From an uncultured Pseudonocardia sp. (GTDB lineage Bacteria > Actinomycetota > Actinomycetes > Mycobacteriales > Pseudonocardiaceae): 49,627 bases of DNA. The position numbers and the translations under genes were made by a program. The stretch covers positions 1 through 49,627 of the forward strand of contig CBIHNM010000001.1 of NCBI GenBank assembly GCA_966211265.1, read 5' to 3'. Of the stretch, positions 9,340 to 19,398 are shown piece after piece. Below the pieces are notes generated by a model, which was not told where the DNA came from, did not search any database, and worked only from the letters and a program-made list of their open reading frames with translations. How positions within the stretch are numbered: the stretch's first letter is position 1; each line of letters begins with the position of its first letter.

Positions 9340-11232
9340 GTGATCGTTCGTCGCCCCGTCGGCTCGTGTCCCGGCCGGTCCGGCCCCGCCGCCCGGGGGG
9401 CCGCCGCCGCGCCGTCGGTGCTCCGGCGGCTGCCGGTGGTGGTGCTCGCCGGCCTGGTGGCGCTGCTGTCCGCGTGCTCCGCGGACCCGGTCCCGGCCCC
9501 CGCGCCGGCCCCGCCGCCGACCACGCCGATCACCACCCCGAGCCGGGTGGTCGCCGGCGTGGACGACATCGGTGCCGGGTTCAACCCGCACCTGCGGGCC
9601 CACCAGTCCCCGGTCACGACGGCGATCGCGACCCTGGCGCTGCCCTCGGTGTTCCGCCCGGACTCCCGCGGGGCCCTGCAGCTGGACCCGACCGTGGCCA
9701 CCAGCGCGACCGTCACCTCGACCGCCCCGTTCACGGTGAGCTACGAGCTGAACGTGGCGGCGTCCTGGTCGTCCGGGGCGCCGATCGCGGCCGAGGACTT
9801 CGTCTACCTCTGGCAGCAGATGCGGACCCAGCCCGGCACGATCGGCGCGGCGGGCTACCGGGCGGTCTCCGACGTGCGCTCGCGGGCCGGCGGCAAGGCC
9901 GTCGACGTCGTGTTCGACAAGCCCTACCCGCACTGGCGGGAGCTGTTCTCCGGCCTGCTGCCCGCGCACATCCTCAAGGACGCCCCCGGTGGCTGGACCG
10001 GGCCGCTGACCAACGGCGTGCCCGCCTCCGGCGGCCCGTTCCGGGTGATGAGTGTGGACCGCATCCGCGGCGAGGTGCTGATGACCCGCAGCGACCCGTA
10101 CTGGGCCACCCCGTCGGTCGTGGACGAGATCGTGCTGCGCCGGCTCGACCCGGCCGTGCTGCCGACCGCGCTCTCCAACCACGACGTCGACCTCGCCCTG
10201 CCCGATGCGCGCCCGGACATCACCCGGGCGCTGGCGACCCTGAGCACCCCGCCCACGGTGCAGCGCGGACCCCGACCGCTGGTGCAGCAGCTGGCCCTGC
10301 GGACCGGTGGCGGCGCGCTGGCCGACCCGCGGGTCCGGCAGGGCATCGCGGCCACCCTGAACCGGGAGGCGATCCGGGCCGCCGTCGCGCCGGAGGCGGT
10401 GCCGGTGGACTCGTTCGGCGCCGCGCCCTCCGATCCCGGCTACGTCGCGAGCGCACCGGCCGGTGCCCCCGCCCGGCCGGACCCCGCCGCGGCCGCGGCG
10501 GCGTTCGGCCAGGCCGGTTACGTGCGCGGTGCCAACGGCGCCTGGCAGCTGGGCGGGCGCCCGCTGAACGTCGTGGTGGGCGCCGCCGCGGAGCGGCCCG
10601 AGGACGTCCGGGTCGCCCAGGCGGTGGCCTCGCAGCTGCGCGCCGGCGGCGTCACCGCGACCGTCGTCGCACCGCCCGCCGCGGACCTGTTCAGCCGGCC
10701 CACCGTCGCCCCGGTCGCGCACACGACCACGCCGACCAGGGCCCCGGGCGGGGCCGGCCCGGCGCCGAGGACCGGCGACGCACCGGCGCCCGCTCCGTCG
10801 GCGTCCCCGACCCGCTCGGCGGCGCCGTCCTCCGGTGCGTCCCCCACCAGCACCGCACCGGCCGGACCGGTGGCGGTGGACGTGCTGGTCGCACCCCGTG
10901 CCGTCACCGGTGCGGTCGGCCCGCGGCTGGACTCCGCCTACGGCTGCCCGGCCCCCGGCGTCCCGGCCGACTCGCCCGCGTCGTCCTGCTTCCCGGCACT
11001 GCAGCCCCTGTTCGACCAGCTCCGGACCGGCCCCGCCGACCCGGCGACGGTCGCCGAGGCCGAGCGGATCCTGTGGACGCAGCTCCCGGCGCTGCCGCTC
11101 TACCAGCCACAGGGGCTGGTGGTGAGCACCCCGGCCACCGACGCGGCCACCAGGGTGACCCCGGGGCCGCTGTCCACCGGCCCGCTCACCGGCGCCCAGC
11201 GGTGGGCCGAACCGGAGCGTCCCGACCGCTGA
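9340..11232 (+). CDS. lpqW: LpqW-like family 5 solute-binding lipoprotein
   Basis: Lipobox LLSAC, GFNPHL, PIAAEDFVYLWQQM; lies between typA and mshB as in mycobacteria; start uncertain. Confidence 0.8.
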   Translation: MIVRRPVGSCPGRSGPAARGAAAAPSVLRRLPVVVLAGLVALLSACSADPVPAPAPAPPPTTPITTPSRVVAGVDDIGAGFNPHLRAHQSPVTTAIATLALPSVFRPDSRGALQLDPTVATSATVTSTAPFTVSYELNVAASWSSGAPIAAEDFVYLWQQMRTQPGTIGAAGYRAVSDVRSRAGGKAVDVVFDKPYPHWRELFSGLLPAHILKDAPGGWTGPLTNGVPASGGPFRVMSVDRIRGEVLMTRSDPYWATPSVVDEIVLRRLDPAVLPTALSNHDVDLALPDARPDITRALATLSTPPTVQRGPRPLVQQLALRTGGGALADPRVRQGIAATLNREAIRAAVAPEAVPVDSFGAAPSDPGYVASAPAGAPARPDPAAAAAAFGQAGYVRGANGAWQLGGRPLNVVVGAAAERPEDVRVAQAVASQLRAGGVTATVVAPPAADLFSRPTVAPVAHTTTPTRAPGGAGPAPRTGDAPAPAPSASPTRSAAPSSGASPTSTAPAGPVAVDVLVAPRAVTGAVGPRLDSAYGCPAPGVPADSPASSCFPALQPLFDQLRTGPADPATVAEAERILWTQLPALPLYQPQGLVVSTPATDAATRVTPGPLSTGPLTGAQRWAEPERPDR

Positions 11233-11329
11233 CGCCCGGCCGCGTGCGGTGTGTCCGGTTCCTGCGTGTTCGCCGGGATCGCCCACTGTCACGCTCGTCC
11301 GCGAGCCGGACACCGTGACGTCGGTCGTG

Positions 11330-11346
11330 GGTCACCCTTTGGTCAC
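11330..11346 (+). promoter_or_regulatory. 11-bp-period direct repeat GTCAC-n6-GTCAC (OmpR-family box)
   Basis: GGTCAC at 11330 and 11341, upstream of the Opp/Dpp operon. Confidence 0.4.
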
Positions 11347-11490
11347 GATCGCCGGCGGGCCTCGCGATAGGGGGACGGAATTCCTAGCGTGCGTCGGGGC
11401 GAGTTACCCGGCAGTACATCCGGGGGCTCGCCCGAGTCCTGGACGGGCGCCGACCCGAGGTGCCCGACGAGCTGAGAGGTCCGAGCCCAG

Positions 11491-13233
11491 ATGAGGCCAT
11501 GGAGGGGAACCGCGCTCGTCGCGGTGGTCGGAGCGGCGGCGTTGCTGCTCAGCGCGTGTGGCGGGGGAGGCGACTCCGGGGGTAGCGCCACCGACACGGG
11601 GACCTACGCGGGCTGCGCGACCGATCCGAACAACTGCGCCGCGGTACCGGCCGACCAGGTGCGGCAGGGCGGGCAGCTCTCGTTCGCGATCGAGAAGAAC
11701 ATCCCGAACTGGAACGTCCTCTCGTCCGAGGGGAACGTTCTCGAAACGGGTATCGCGAGCAAGGCGTTCCTCCCGTACTCCTTCGTGTCCAGCCCGGACC
11801 TGAAGATGAACCTCAACACCGACCTGCTGCTCTCGGCCGACCAGACCGGTCCCACCACGCTGGTCTACAAGATCAAGCCCGAAGCGGTCTGGGACGACGG
11901 CACCCCGATCTCGGCCGCGGACTTCGCCTACAACTGGAAGACCCAGAACCTGAAGCAGTGTCCCGACTGCAGCAGCGCCGGCAACGGCGGGTACGACTCG
12001 ATCACGAACGTGACCGGGTCGGACAACAACAAGACGGTGACGGTCACGCTGGCCAAGCCCTACACCGACTGGCGGGCGTTCTTCAGCTCGGGCGCACCGC
12101 TCTATCCGGCGCACATCGCCGCCAAGCACGGCGACCTGAACACCCCGGCCGGGCTCGCCTCGTCGTTCGACTGGCTCGGCAAGAACGTGCCGACCTACTC
12201 CGGCGGGCCGTACAAGGTCGCCAACTGGCAGGACAACGTCGCGCTGACGATGGTGCCGAACCCGAAGTGGTACGGCGCCACCAAGCCCAAGCTCGACCAG
12301 CTGATCTTCCGGGTGATCACCGACGCCACCCAGGAACCCATCGCCCTGCAGAACAACGAGGTGCAGGCGATCTACCCGCAGCCGCAGGTGGACATCGTCT
12401 CGCAGCTGCGCCAGATCCCGAACGTGTCGCAGTCCCAGGGGCTCGGGCTCTCCTGGGAGCACCTCGACATGAACCTGAAGAACCCGTTCCTCAAGGACAA
12501 GGTGCTGCGCCAGGCGCTGTTCACCGCCGTGAACCGGCAGGACGTGATCGCCAAGACCGTCGGGCAGTTCAACCCCGAGGTCAAACCGCTGAACAGCCTG
12601 ATGTTCGTCCCGGGGCAGGAGGGCTACCAGGACAACCTCGGCAGCAGCCCGATCGGCAGCGGTGACATCGAGCGAGCCAAGCAGATGCTCACCCAGGCCG
12701 GGTACACCGGCGTCGGGACCGCGCTCGTGGCACCGAACAAGCAGGCCGTGCCCGCACTGCGCATCCGGTACACGGTGGGCAACGCGGTCCGGCAGAACCA
12801 GTGCGAGCTGTTCGCGCAGTACGCCAAGCAGCTCGGGGTGAACGTGACCGTCCAGCCGACGGACGACCTCGGTACCACGCTGAGCTCCGGCGACTACGAC
12901 ATCATGAACTTCGCCTGGGTCTTCACACCGTTCCCGTTCCAGAACGCCCAGCAGACGTTCCTGTCCACGTCCGGGTCGAACTACGGCAAGTACACCAACC
13001 CGAAGACCGACCAGATGATCAATGCCGCGGCGTCGTCCACCGACCCGGCCGCGGCGACCGCGATGCTCAACGAGGTGGACAAGATCATCCTCGATGACGC
13101 CTACGAGCTGCCGCTCTACCAGAAGCCGACGCTGATCGCGACGCAGGACACGGTGGCGAACGTGCGCAACAACTCCACCCTCGACGGACCGAGCTACAAC
13201 GTCTCCGAGTGGGGCCTCAAGGCCGGCAGCTGA
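11491..13233 (+). CDS. Opp/Dpp ABC transporter substrate-binding lipoprotein
   Basis: Lipobox LLSAC, family 5 motif AVWDDGTPISAADF, LRQALFTAVNR. Confidence 0.92.
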   Translation: MRPWRGTALVAVVGAAALLLSACGGGGDSGGSATDTGTYAGCATDPNNCAAVPADQVRQGGQLSFAIEKNIPNWNVLSSEGNVLETGIASKAFLPYSFVSSPDLKMNLNTDLLLSADQTGPTTLVYKIKPEAVWDDGTPISAADFAYNWKTQNLKQCPDCSSAGNGGYDSITNVTGSDNNKTVTVTLAKPYTDWRAFFSSGAPLYPAHIAAKHGDLNTPAGLASSFDWLGKNVPTYSGGPYKVANWQDNVALTMVPNPKWYGATKPKLDQLIFRVITDATQEPIALQNNEVQAIYPQPQVDIVSQLRQIPNVSQSQGLGLSWEHLDMNLKNPFLKDKVLRQALFTAVNRQDVIAKTVGQFNPEVKPLNSLMFVPGQEGYQDNLGSSPIGSGDIERAKQMLTQAGYTGVGTALVAPNKQAVPALRIRYTVGNAVRQNQCELFAQYAKQLGVNVTVQPTDDLGTTLSSGDYDIMNFAWVFTPFPFQNAQQTFLSTSGSNYGKYTNPKTDQMINAAASSTDPAAATAMLNEVDKIILDDAYELPLYQKPTLIATQDTVANVRNNSTLDGPSYNVSEWGLKAGS

Positions 13234-13244
13234 TCCTCTGCCGC

Positions 13245-13285
13245 GGTGACCGGTGACCGTCCGCATCGGGCGGTCGCCGGTCACC
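13245..13285 (+). terminator. Intercistronic stem-loop after the substrate-binding gene
   Basis: GGTGACCGGTGACCGTCCG-cat-CGGGCGGTCGCCGGTCACC, a 19-bp stem with two G-U pairs. Confidence 0.65.
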
Positions 13286-13382
13286 CTGCCGTTCGCCCCG
13301 GCCGACACCTACGCTGCTCCACGGGTTCGCCGCGCGCCACGAGCGTGCCCGGACCTACTCCCACCACGAGTCGGAAGTGCCC

Positions 13383-14363
13383 ATGCTCGCCTACGCCCTG
13401 CGTCGGATCCTGATCTCGATACCGATCCTCCTGGTCGCCTCGTTCATCGTCTTCGCCCTCGCGACGTACTCCGCGGACCCGCTCGGTCCCCTGCTGGCCA
13501 AGAACCCGCCCCCACCGCCCAGCGTGATCGCCGCGGAGACGGCCCGGTTGCACCTCGACCAGGCCCTCGTCCCGCGCTACCTGTCCTGGCTGGGCGGTCT
13601 GTCCCGCGGTGACTTCGGCCCGTCGGTCGTGTCCACCCAGGTGATCGGCGACCAGCTGGCCGGCCGCTTCTGGATCACCATCCGGCTGGTCGTGCTCGCC
13701 ATGGTGATCGCGCTCCTGCTCTCGGTGGTGGTCGGTGTGATCACGGCGGTGAAGCAGTACAGCAAGTCCGACTACACCGCGACGTTCCTCGGGTTCCTGT
13801 TCCTCGCCATGCCCTCGTTCTGGCTCGCGATCCTGCTCAAGCAGGGCGGGATCGAGTTCAACGGCGCCGTCGGAACCCAGGCGGTCTACACGATCGGGTC
13901 GTCGTCGGTTCCGGCGCCGAAGGGGTTCTGGGCCAACCTGGTCGACATCGGCGGGCACCTGGTCCTGCCCACCATCGCGCTCGCGCTGATCTCCTACGCG
14001 GCCTGGAGCCGGTTCGTCCGGGCCTCCATGCTGGAGACGCTGAACTCCGACTACGTCCGCCTGGCCCGGGCCAAGGGGCTGTCCCGCCGCACGGTGATGG
14101 TCAAGCACGCGTTGCGCACGGCGCTGATCCCGCTGACGACCGTGACCGCCCTGGACATCGCCTCGATCATCGGAGGCGCGGTCGTCACCGAGCGGGTGTT
14201 CCAGTGGAAGGGCCTCGGCGACCTCCTGCTCACGTCGATCCAGACCAGCGACGTCTACGCACTGACGTCCTGGCTGCTCGTCGCGGCCGTCCTGGTGATC
14301 GTGTTCAACCTCCTCGCCGACCTGCTCTACGGCGTCCTCGACCCCAGGATCCGGTATGCCTGA
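13383..14363 (+). CDS. Opp/Dpp ABC permease (OppB-like)
   Basis: DYVRLARAKGL EAA loop, TERVFQWKGLG, C-terminal LDPRIR. Confidence 0.93.
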   Translation: MLAYALRRILISIPILLVASFIVFALATYSADPLGPLLAKNPPPPPSVIAAETARLHLDQALVPRYLSWLGGLSRGDFGPSVVSTQVIGDQLAGRFWITIRLVVLAMVIALLLSVVVGVITAVKQYSKSDYTATFLGFLFLAMPSFWLAILLKQGGIEFNGAVGTQAVYTIGSSSVPAPKGFWANLVDIGGHLVLPTIALALISYAAWSRFVRASMLETLNSDYVRLARAKGLSRRTVMVKHALRTALIPLTTVTALDIASIIGGAVVTERVFQWKGLGDLLLTSIQTSDVYALTSWLLVAAVLVIVFNLLADLLYGVLDPRIRYA

Positions 14364-15318
14364 GCCCTCCACGTCCACGTCCACGTCGACGGCGACGACC
14401 TTGACCGACCCGGACGAGTCGGTGCCGTCCGCGGGCTCCTCGCCCGTGGACCGCGAGTTCACCGTCGCCGAGCGCAGCCAGACCCAACTGGTGCTGCGGC
14501 GGTTCCTGCAGCACCGCGCCGCCATGATCAGCCTCGTCGTGCTGGTGCTCCTGATCCTGCTCGCCTACGTCGGCGGAGCACTGTGGAAGTACGGCGTCGG
14601 CGAGATCACGCCCGACAACTCGGTACCCCCGTCGCTCGACCACCCGTTCGGCACCGACGCGGTCGGTAAGGACCAGTTCGCCCAGGTGCTCGGCGGAACC
14701 CGGATCTCGCTGCAGGTCTCGGTGGTGGTGGCGCTGTTCGCGACCGTCGTCGGGACGTTGTGGGGCTCGATCGCCGGGTACTTCGGCGGACGGATCGACA
14801 CGGTGATGATGCGGATCGCGGACCTGGTGCTGACGCTGCCGCTGATCGCGGTGGCCGCGATGCTCGGTCACAACTTCGGCGGCACCTGGTACCTGATCGC
14901 CTTCGTGATCGCCGGGTTGTACTGGGCCTACGTGTCCCGGGTCGCCCGGGGCGTGGTGCTCTCGCTGCGGGAGAAGGAGTACATCGAGGCGGCCCGCGCC
15001 CTGGGGGCGACCAACACCCGGATCATCCTGCGCCACCTCGTGCCGAACGCCCTGGGCTCGATCCTGGTCAACCTGACGATCCTGGTCGCCCTGGCGATCC
15101 TGCTCGAGACGGCGCTGTCGTACCTGGGCTTCGGGGTGCAGAACCCCGACACCTCCCTCGGCCTGCTGGTCAGCGAGGCCCAGACGGCGCTCACCACGCG
15201 GCCGTGGCTGTTCTACTTCCCAGGTCTGTTCATCATCATCATCGCGCTCACGATCAACTTCATCGGCGACGGCCTGCGTGACGCGTTCGACCCCCAGCAG
15301 ACGAAGGTGCGCCAGTGA
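14356..15318 (+). CDS. Opp/Dpp ABC permease (OppC-like)
   Basis: HPFGTDAVGKD, EYIEAARALGA, GDGLRDAFDP. Confidence 0.93.
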   Translation: MPEPSTSTSTSTATTLTDPDESVPSAGSSPVDREFTVAERSQTQLVLRRFLQHRAAMISLVVLVLLILLAYVGGALWKYGVGEITPDNSVPPSLDHPFGTDAVGKDQFAQVLGGTRISLQVSVVVALFATVVGTLWGSIAGYFGGRIDTVMMRIADLVLTLPLIAVAAMLGHNFGGTWYLIAFVIAGLYWAYVSRVARGVVLSLREKEYIEAARALGATNTRIILRHLVPNALGSILVNLTILVALAILLETALSYLGFGVQNPDTSLGLLVSEAQTALTTRPWLFYFPGLFIIIIALTINFIGDGLRDAFDPQQTKVRQ

Positions 15319-16388
15319 GTACGGCCGGCACGACCGACACCGTGATGGAGGTGTCGGGCCTCGACGTCACGTTCCCCGGCGCCGACGGGGCGGTCCGCGC
15401 CGTACGCGGCGTGGACTACACGCTGCGCCGCGGTGAGGTCCTCGGGATCGTCGGCGAGTCCGGCTCGGGCAAGTCCGTGACCTCGATGGCGGTGATGGGC
15501 CTGCTCCCGACCACCGCGAAGGTCACCGGCTCGATCCTCTTCGAGGGGCAGGACCTGCTGACCCTGTCCGAGCAGCAGCTCAACGGGTTCCGCGGGGACC
15601 GGATCGCGATGATCTTCCAGGACCCGATGACGTCGTTGAACCCGGTGTACACCGTCGGTGCCCAGATCGCCGAGGCGGTCCGCGCGCACCGCGACGTCAC
15701 CAGGGCGCAGGCGCTCGAGCGTGCGGTCGAGCTGCTGCGCACGGTCCGGATCCCGAACCCGGAGCAGCGGGTCGGCTCCTACCCGCACGAGCTCTCCGGC
15801 GGCATGCGCCAGCGCGTGGTGATCGCGATCGCGATGGCCAACGACCCGGACGTGATCATCGCCGACGAGCCGACGACCGCTCTGGACGTCACCGTGCAGG
15901 CGCAGATCATGGACGCGCTCAGGGCCGCCCAGCAGGAGACCGGCGCGGCCATGGTGCTGATCACCCACGACCTGGGCGTGATCGCCGGCCAGGCCGACCG
16001 GGTGATGGTGATGTACGCGGGCAAGCTGGTCGAGGTCGGTTCGGTGGAGGACATCTTCTACGCCCCGCGGATGCCGTACACCCTCGGTCTTCTCGGCAGC
16101 CTGCCCCGTCTCGACCAGCAGGCCGAGCGGCTGACGCCGATCCCGGGCTCGCCGCCGTCGGTGGTGAACATGCCGCCGGGGTGCCCGTTCTCGCCGCGCT
16201 GCCCGCTGTCCACACCCACGTGCGACGAGACCGAGCCGGGGCTGGAGCCGGTCGGACCGGGCCACCGGGCGGCGTGCCACCACTCGTCGAAGGTCGCCGG
16301 TGCTCGCCCGGACGAGGTGTTCGGTGCCTCGGCGGTCGACGCCGAGGCTCTGGCCGGGTTCGCCCGGGCCGGGGAGGGACAGGCATGA
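15315..16388 (+). CDS. Opp/Dpp ABC ATPase (OppD-like)
   Basis: [26 protein letters not shown]-terminal Cys motif GCPFSPRC. Confidence 0.94.
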   Translation: MSTAGTTDTVMEVSGLDVTFPGADGAVRAVRGVDYTLRRGEVLGIVGESGSGKSVTSMAVMGLLPTTAKVTGSILFEGQDLLTLSEQQLNGFRGDRIAMIFQDPMTSLNPVYTVGAQIAEAVRAHRDVTRAQALERAVELLRTVRIPNPEQRVGSYPHELSGGMRQRVVIAIAMANDPDVIIADEPTTALDVTVQAQIMDALRAAQQETGAAMVLITHDLGVIAGQADRVMVMYAGKLVEVGSVEDIFYAPRMPYTLGLLGSLPRLDQQAERLTPIPGSPPSVVNMPPGCPFSPRCPLSTPTCDETEPGLEPVGPGHRAACHHSSKVAGARPDEVFGASAVDAEALAGFARAGEGQA

Positions 16389-17416
16389 GCACGACGACGG
16401 AGGGGACCCGGACGCTGCTCTCGGCCCGCAACCTCGTCAAGCACTTCCCGGTCCGCGGGGGAGGGTTGCTGAGGCGCACGGTCGGGGAGGTGCACGCGGT
16501 CTGCGACGTCTCGTTCGAGCTGGCCGAGGGAGAGACCCTGGGCCTGGTCGGCGAGTCCGGCTGCGGGAAGTCGACGACCGCGCGGGTGGCGCTGAACCTG
16601 ATTCCGGCCACGTCCGGCGAGGTCCGGTTCGGCGACCGCGAACTCACCACGACGAGCGCGAAGGACATGCGTGCGCTGCGCCGGCAGATGCAGCTCGTCT
16701 TCCAGGACCCGTACGCGTCGCTGGACCCGCGGATGCCGGTCAGCGAGCTGATCGCCGAGCCGCTGCGCATCCACGGTCTCTACGACGCCGGCGGACTCCA
16801 GCAGGTACGCGACCTGATGAAGACCGTCGGGCTCAAGCCCGAGCACGGCAACCGGTATCCGCACGAGTTCTCCGGCGGGCAGCGCCAGCGCATCGGCATC
16901 GCCCGCGCGCTGGCCCTGCGCCCGAAGCTGCTGGTACTCGACGAGCCGGTCTCGGCGCTGGACGTGTCCATCCAGGCCGGCGTGTTGAACCTTCTGCAGG
17001 AGCTGCAGGCCGAGCTGGGACTGTCCTATCTGTTCGTCTCGCACGACCTGTCCGTGGTGCGTCACATCGCGGACCGCATCGCGGTGATGTACCTGGGCCG
17101 GATCGTCGAGACCGGCCCGGCAGAGCAGCTGTTCCGGGCCCCGGCGCACCCGTACACACACGCGCTGATCTCGGCGATCCCGCTGCCGGACCCGCGCAGG
17201 GAACGGGCTCGTGAGCGGGTCACGGTGGTCGGGGACCTGCCGAACCCGGCCGACCCCCCGAGCGGTTGCCGGTTCCGCACCCGTTGCCCGAAGTTCGCGC
17301 TGGAGCTGGAGCCGTCCCAGCAGGCGCGGTGCACCGAGGAGGTTCCCGAGCTCACCGACCGCGGCACCGGGCACCCGGTGGCGTGCCACTTCGCGGAGGC
17401 CCGCAGCCTGCTGTGA
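16385..17416 (+). CDS. Opp/Dpp ABC ATPase (OppF-like)
   Basis: GESGCGKST, FSGGQRQR, LDEPVSALD, GCRFRTRC. Confidence 0.94.
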   Translation: MSTTTEGTRTLLSARNLVKHFPVRGGGLLRRTVGEVHAVCDVSFELAEGETLGLVGESGCGKSTTARVALNLIPATSGEVRFGDRELTTTSAKDMRALRRQMQLVFQDPYASLDPRMPVSELIAEPLRIHGLYDAGGLQQVRDLMKTVGLKPEHGNRYPHEFSGGQRQRIGIARALALRPKLLVLDEPVSALDVSIQAGVLNLLQELQAELGLSYLFVSHDLSVVRHIADRIAVMYLGRIVETGPAEQLFRAPAHPYTHALISAIPLPDPRRERARERVTVVGDLPNPADPPSGCRFRTRCPKFALELEPSQQARCTEEVPELTDRGTGHPVACHFAEARSLL

Positions 17417-17420
17417 CCGC

Positions 17421-17479
17421 GGTGGACGGCAGGGGTCGGCACGGAGGGCATCGCCCCCCACCGCCCCCTGCCACCCACC
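17421..17479. terminator. Imperfect hairpin between convergent genes
   Basis: GGTGG..GGCAGGGG pairs with CCCCTGCC..CCACC. Confidence 0.45.
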
Positions 17480-17504
17480 GACCCCGCCACCGCAGGCCGT
17501 GGAC

Positions 17505-18779
17505 TCACCGGCACCGGTCCGCGACCTGCCATCGGCGCAGGGCGGGGCTCGCGACGGCGATACCGGCGACGACGACCGCGCAGGCGAGCCCGCCGCCGAC
17601 CGCCGCGGTCGAGGCCGAGAAGAGCCCGGCCACCGCGCCGGCCCGCGCGTCGCCGATGCCCGGCCCGCCCGCGCCGACCACGAACTCGACCGAACTCACA
17701 CGCCCCCGGTACGCGTCCGGTGTGGCGAGCTGGACCAGGCCGCCGCGGGCGATCACAGAGACGGTGTCCGCGGCGCCGGCCACAGCCAGGAACACCAGCG
17801 TCGCCGCCAGGCCGGAGACCAGGCCGAACCCGACGAGCGCGATCCCCCACACCCCGGCGGCGACGAGGGACACCGGTCCCGGTCGCGGTGCCCGGGTCAC
17901 CGGGCCGGACGTGGTGCCCGCGACGAGCCCGCCCACCGCGAAGGCGGACAGGAACAGCCCCAACGTCCGCGGGTCGCCGCCGAACCGTTCCTGGTTGAGG
18001 ACCGGGAACAGCGCGAACGGCATGGCGAGCACGGTCGAGGCGAGGTCGGTGGCGAGGGCGCTGCGCAACACCGGGCGCCGGAACAGGAACCGGAGGCCGT
18101 CGCCCGCACTGCGGAAGCCGGCCGCGAGGTTCGTGCGGCGCCCGGCCCGCCCGCCCACCACCCGCCCGGCCGGGGTGGAGGGGCCGCTGCGCGGCAGCCG
18201 GGCGACCCCGAGCAGCGAGACCGCGATCAGCATCGCGTCCGCGGCGTAGGCGGGCCCGGTGCCCCACCGTGCGATGAGCAGCCCGGCCACCGCGGGGCCG
18301 GCCAAGGTCGCGGCCTGAGTGCCCAGATGGTTCAGGGCGACCCCCGCCGGAACCTGTTCGCCCGGCAGCAACGTCGTGAGGAACGTGCGACGGGCCGACC
18401 AGCCCAGGGCGCTGCACGCCGTCTGCGCGCCGACCAGTGTCAGCACCACTCCCGCCGACCCGAGGCCCACCTCGGCCCGGGTCCCGAGGAGGGCGGCCGC
18501 GACGACGGCGCCCGCGCTGGTGAGCAGGATGAGCCGGCGCCGCTCGACCGAGTCCGCGAGCGTGCCGCCGGCCAGCCCGAAGACGGCCGTCACGGCACCG
18601 GTGACCAGCCCGATGGCGCCGACTCCGACCGGGTCGCGGGTGAGGTCCCAGACGTCGACGAGCACCGCGACCACGGCGATCTGGCCGCCGAGTCGCTGCG
18701 CGACCGAGCCGAACCACAGCAGGCGGAAGTCGCGGTGCCGCAGCGGACGCAGGTCCAGGACCCGGGCCGCGCGGCTCAT
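17505..18779 (-). CDS. MFS transporter (EntS/MFS_3-like)
   Basis: DLRPLRHRDFRLLW N-terminus, GTLADSVERRR motif A, TPDAYRGRV. Confidence 0.88.
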   Translation of the reverse strand: MSRAARVLDLRPLRHRDFRLLWFGSVAQRLGGQIAVVAVLVDVWDLTRDPVGVGAIGLVTGAVTAVFGLAGGTLADSVERRRLILLTSAGAVVAAALLGTRAEVGLGSAGVVLTLVGAQTACSALGWSARRTFLTTLLPGEQVPAGVALNHLGTQAATLAGPAVAGLLIARWGTGPAYAADAMLIAVSLLGVARLPRSGPSTPAGRVVGGRAGRRTNLAAGFRSAGDGLRFLFRRPVLRSALATDLASTVLAMPFALFPVLNQERFGGDPRTLGLFLSAFAVGGLVAGTTSGPVTRAPRPGPVSLVAAGVWGIALVGFGLVSGLAATLVFLAVAGAADTVSVIARGGLVQLATPDAYRGRVSSVEFVVGAGGPGIGDARAGAVAGLFSASTAAVGGGLACAVVVAGIAVASPALRRWQVADRCR

Positions 18780-19318
18780 GTCACGGGGTCGTCCGGTCCC
18801 GGGCGGCCGCGATCGGGGTCGGGGTCGTCGAGTTGATCGGTGATGCGGTCGAGGAACGCACGGCGCCGCAGCGCGGCCGTCATGCCGTCGATCCAACTCT
18901 GCAACGGGAAGGGCAGCTCCCCCTGGAGCTCGGCGAACGCCCGCTCGGTCGCCCGCCACTCGGCCTCCAGGAACGGAACCAGGGCGCGACCCGCGCCGGT
19001 CAGCGCCACCCGCCTGGTCCGTGCGTCCGGCCCGGGAGAGGTCTCCACGAGGCCCTCGCCGCGCATCGCCGTCACGGTCTGGCTCATCGCCGAGTGCGTC
19101 ACGTCGATCTCGGCGGCGAGTGCCGTCACGGTCATCGGACCGCGGTGGTGCAGGCGGATCAGTGCCATGGAGAACCGTGGCCGCACACCGGTGACGCCTT
19201 CCCGGGCGTAGAGGCCGGAGATCTCGCCCTCCAGCCCGTCGAGCAGCTGCTTCAACGGCCGTAGCGCGCTGTGCAGTGTCGGGTCCGCACCGGTCGACGT
19301 GTCCCCGGATAGTGTCAC
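18776..19318 (-). CDS. MarR-family transcriptional regulator
   Basis: wHTH TVTALAAEIDVTHSAMSQTV and wing DARTRRVALT; GTG 19318 follows a TATATT hexamer. Confidence 0.88.
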   Translation of the reverse strand: MTLSGDTSTGADPTLHSALRPLKQLLDGLEGEISGLYAREGVTGVRPRFSMALIRLHHRGPMTVTALAAEIDVTHSAMSQTVTAMRGEGLVETSPGPDARTRRVALTGAGRALVPFLEAEWRATERAFAELQGELPFPLQSWIDGMTAALRRRAFLDRITDQLDDPDPDRGRPGPDDPVT

Positions 19319-19344
19319 AGCACTAATATAACAGTGCTGTGACA
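19313..19344. promoter_or_regulatory. Perfect 12-bp inverted repeat, probable MarR operator
   Basis: TGTCACAGCACT-aatataac-AGTGCTGTGACA covers the marR -10 and start codon. Confidence 0.75.
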
Positions 19345-19398
19345 AAGTGCGGGGCGGCTGCCCGCATCCCGCAGCGAACTGGTGGAACACTGGTCGGC

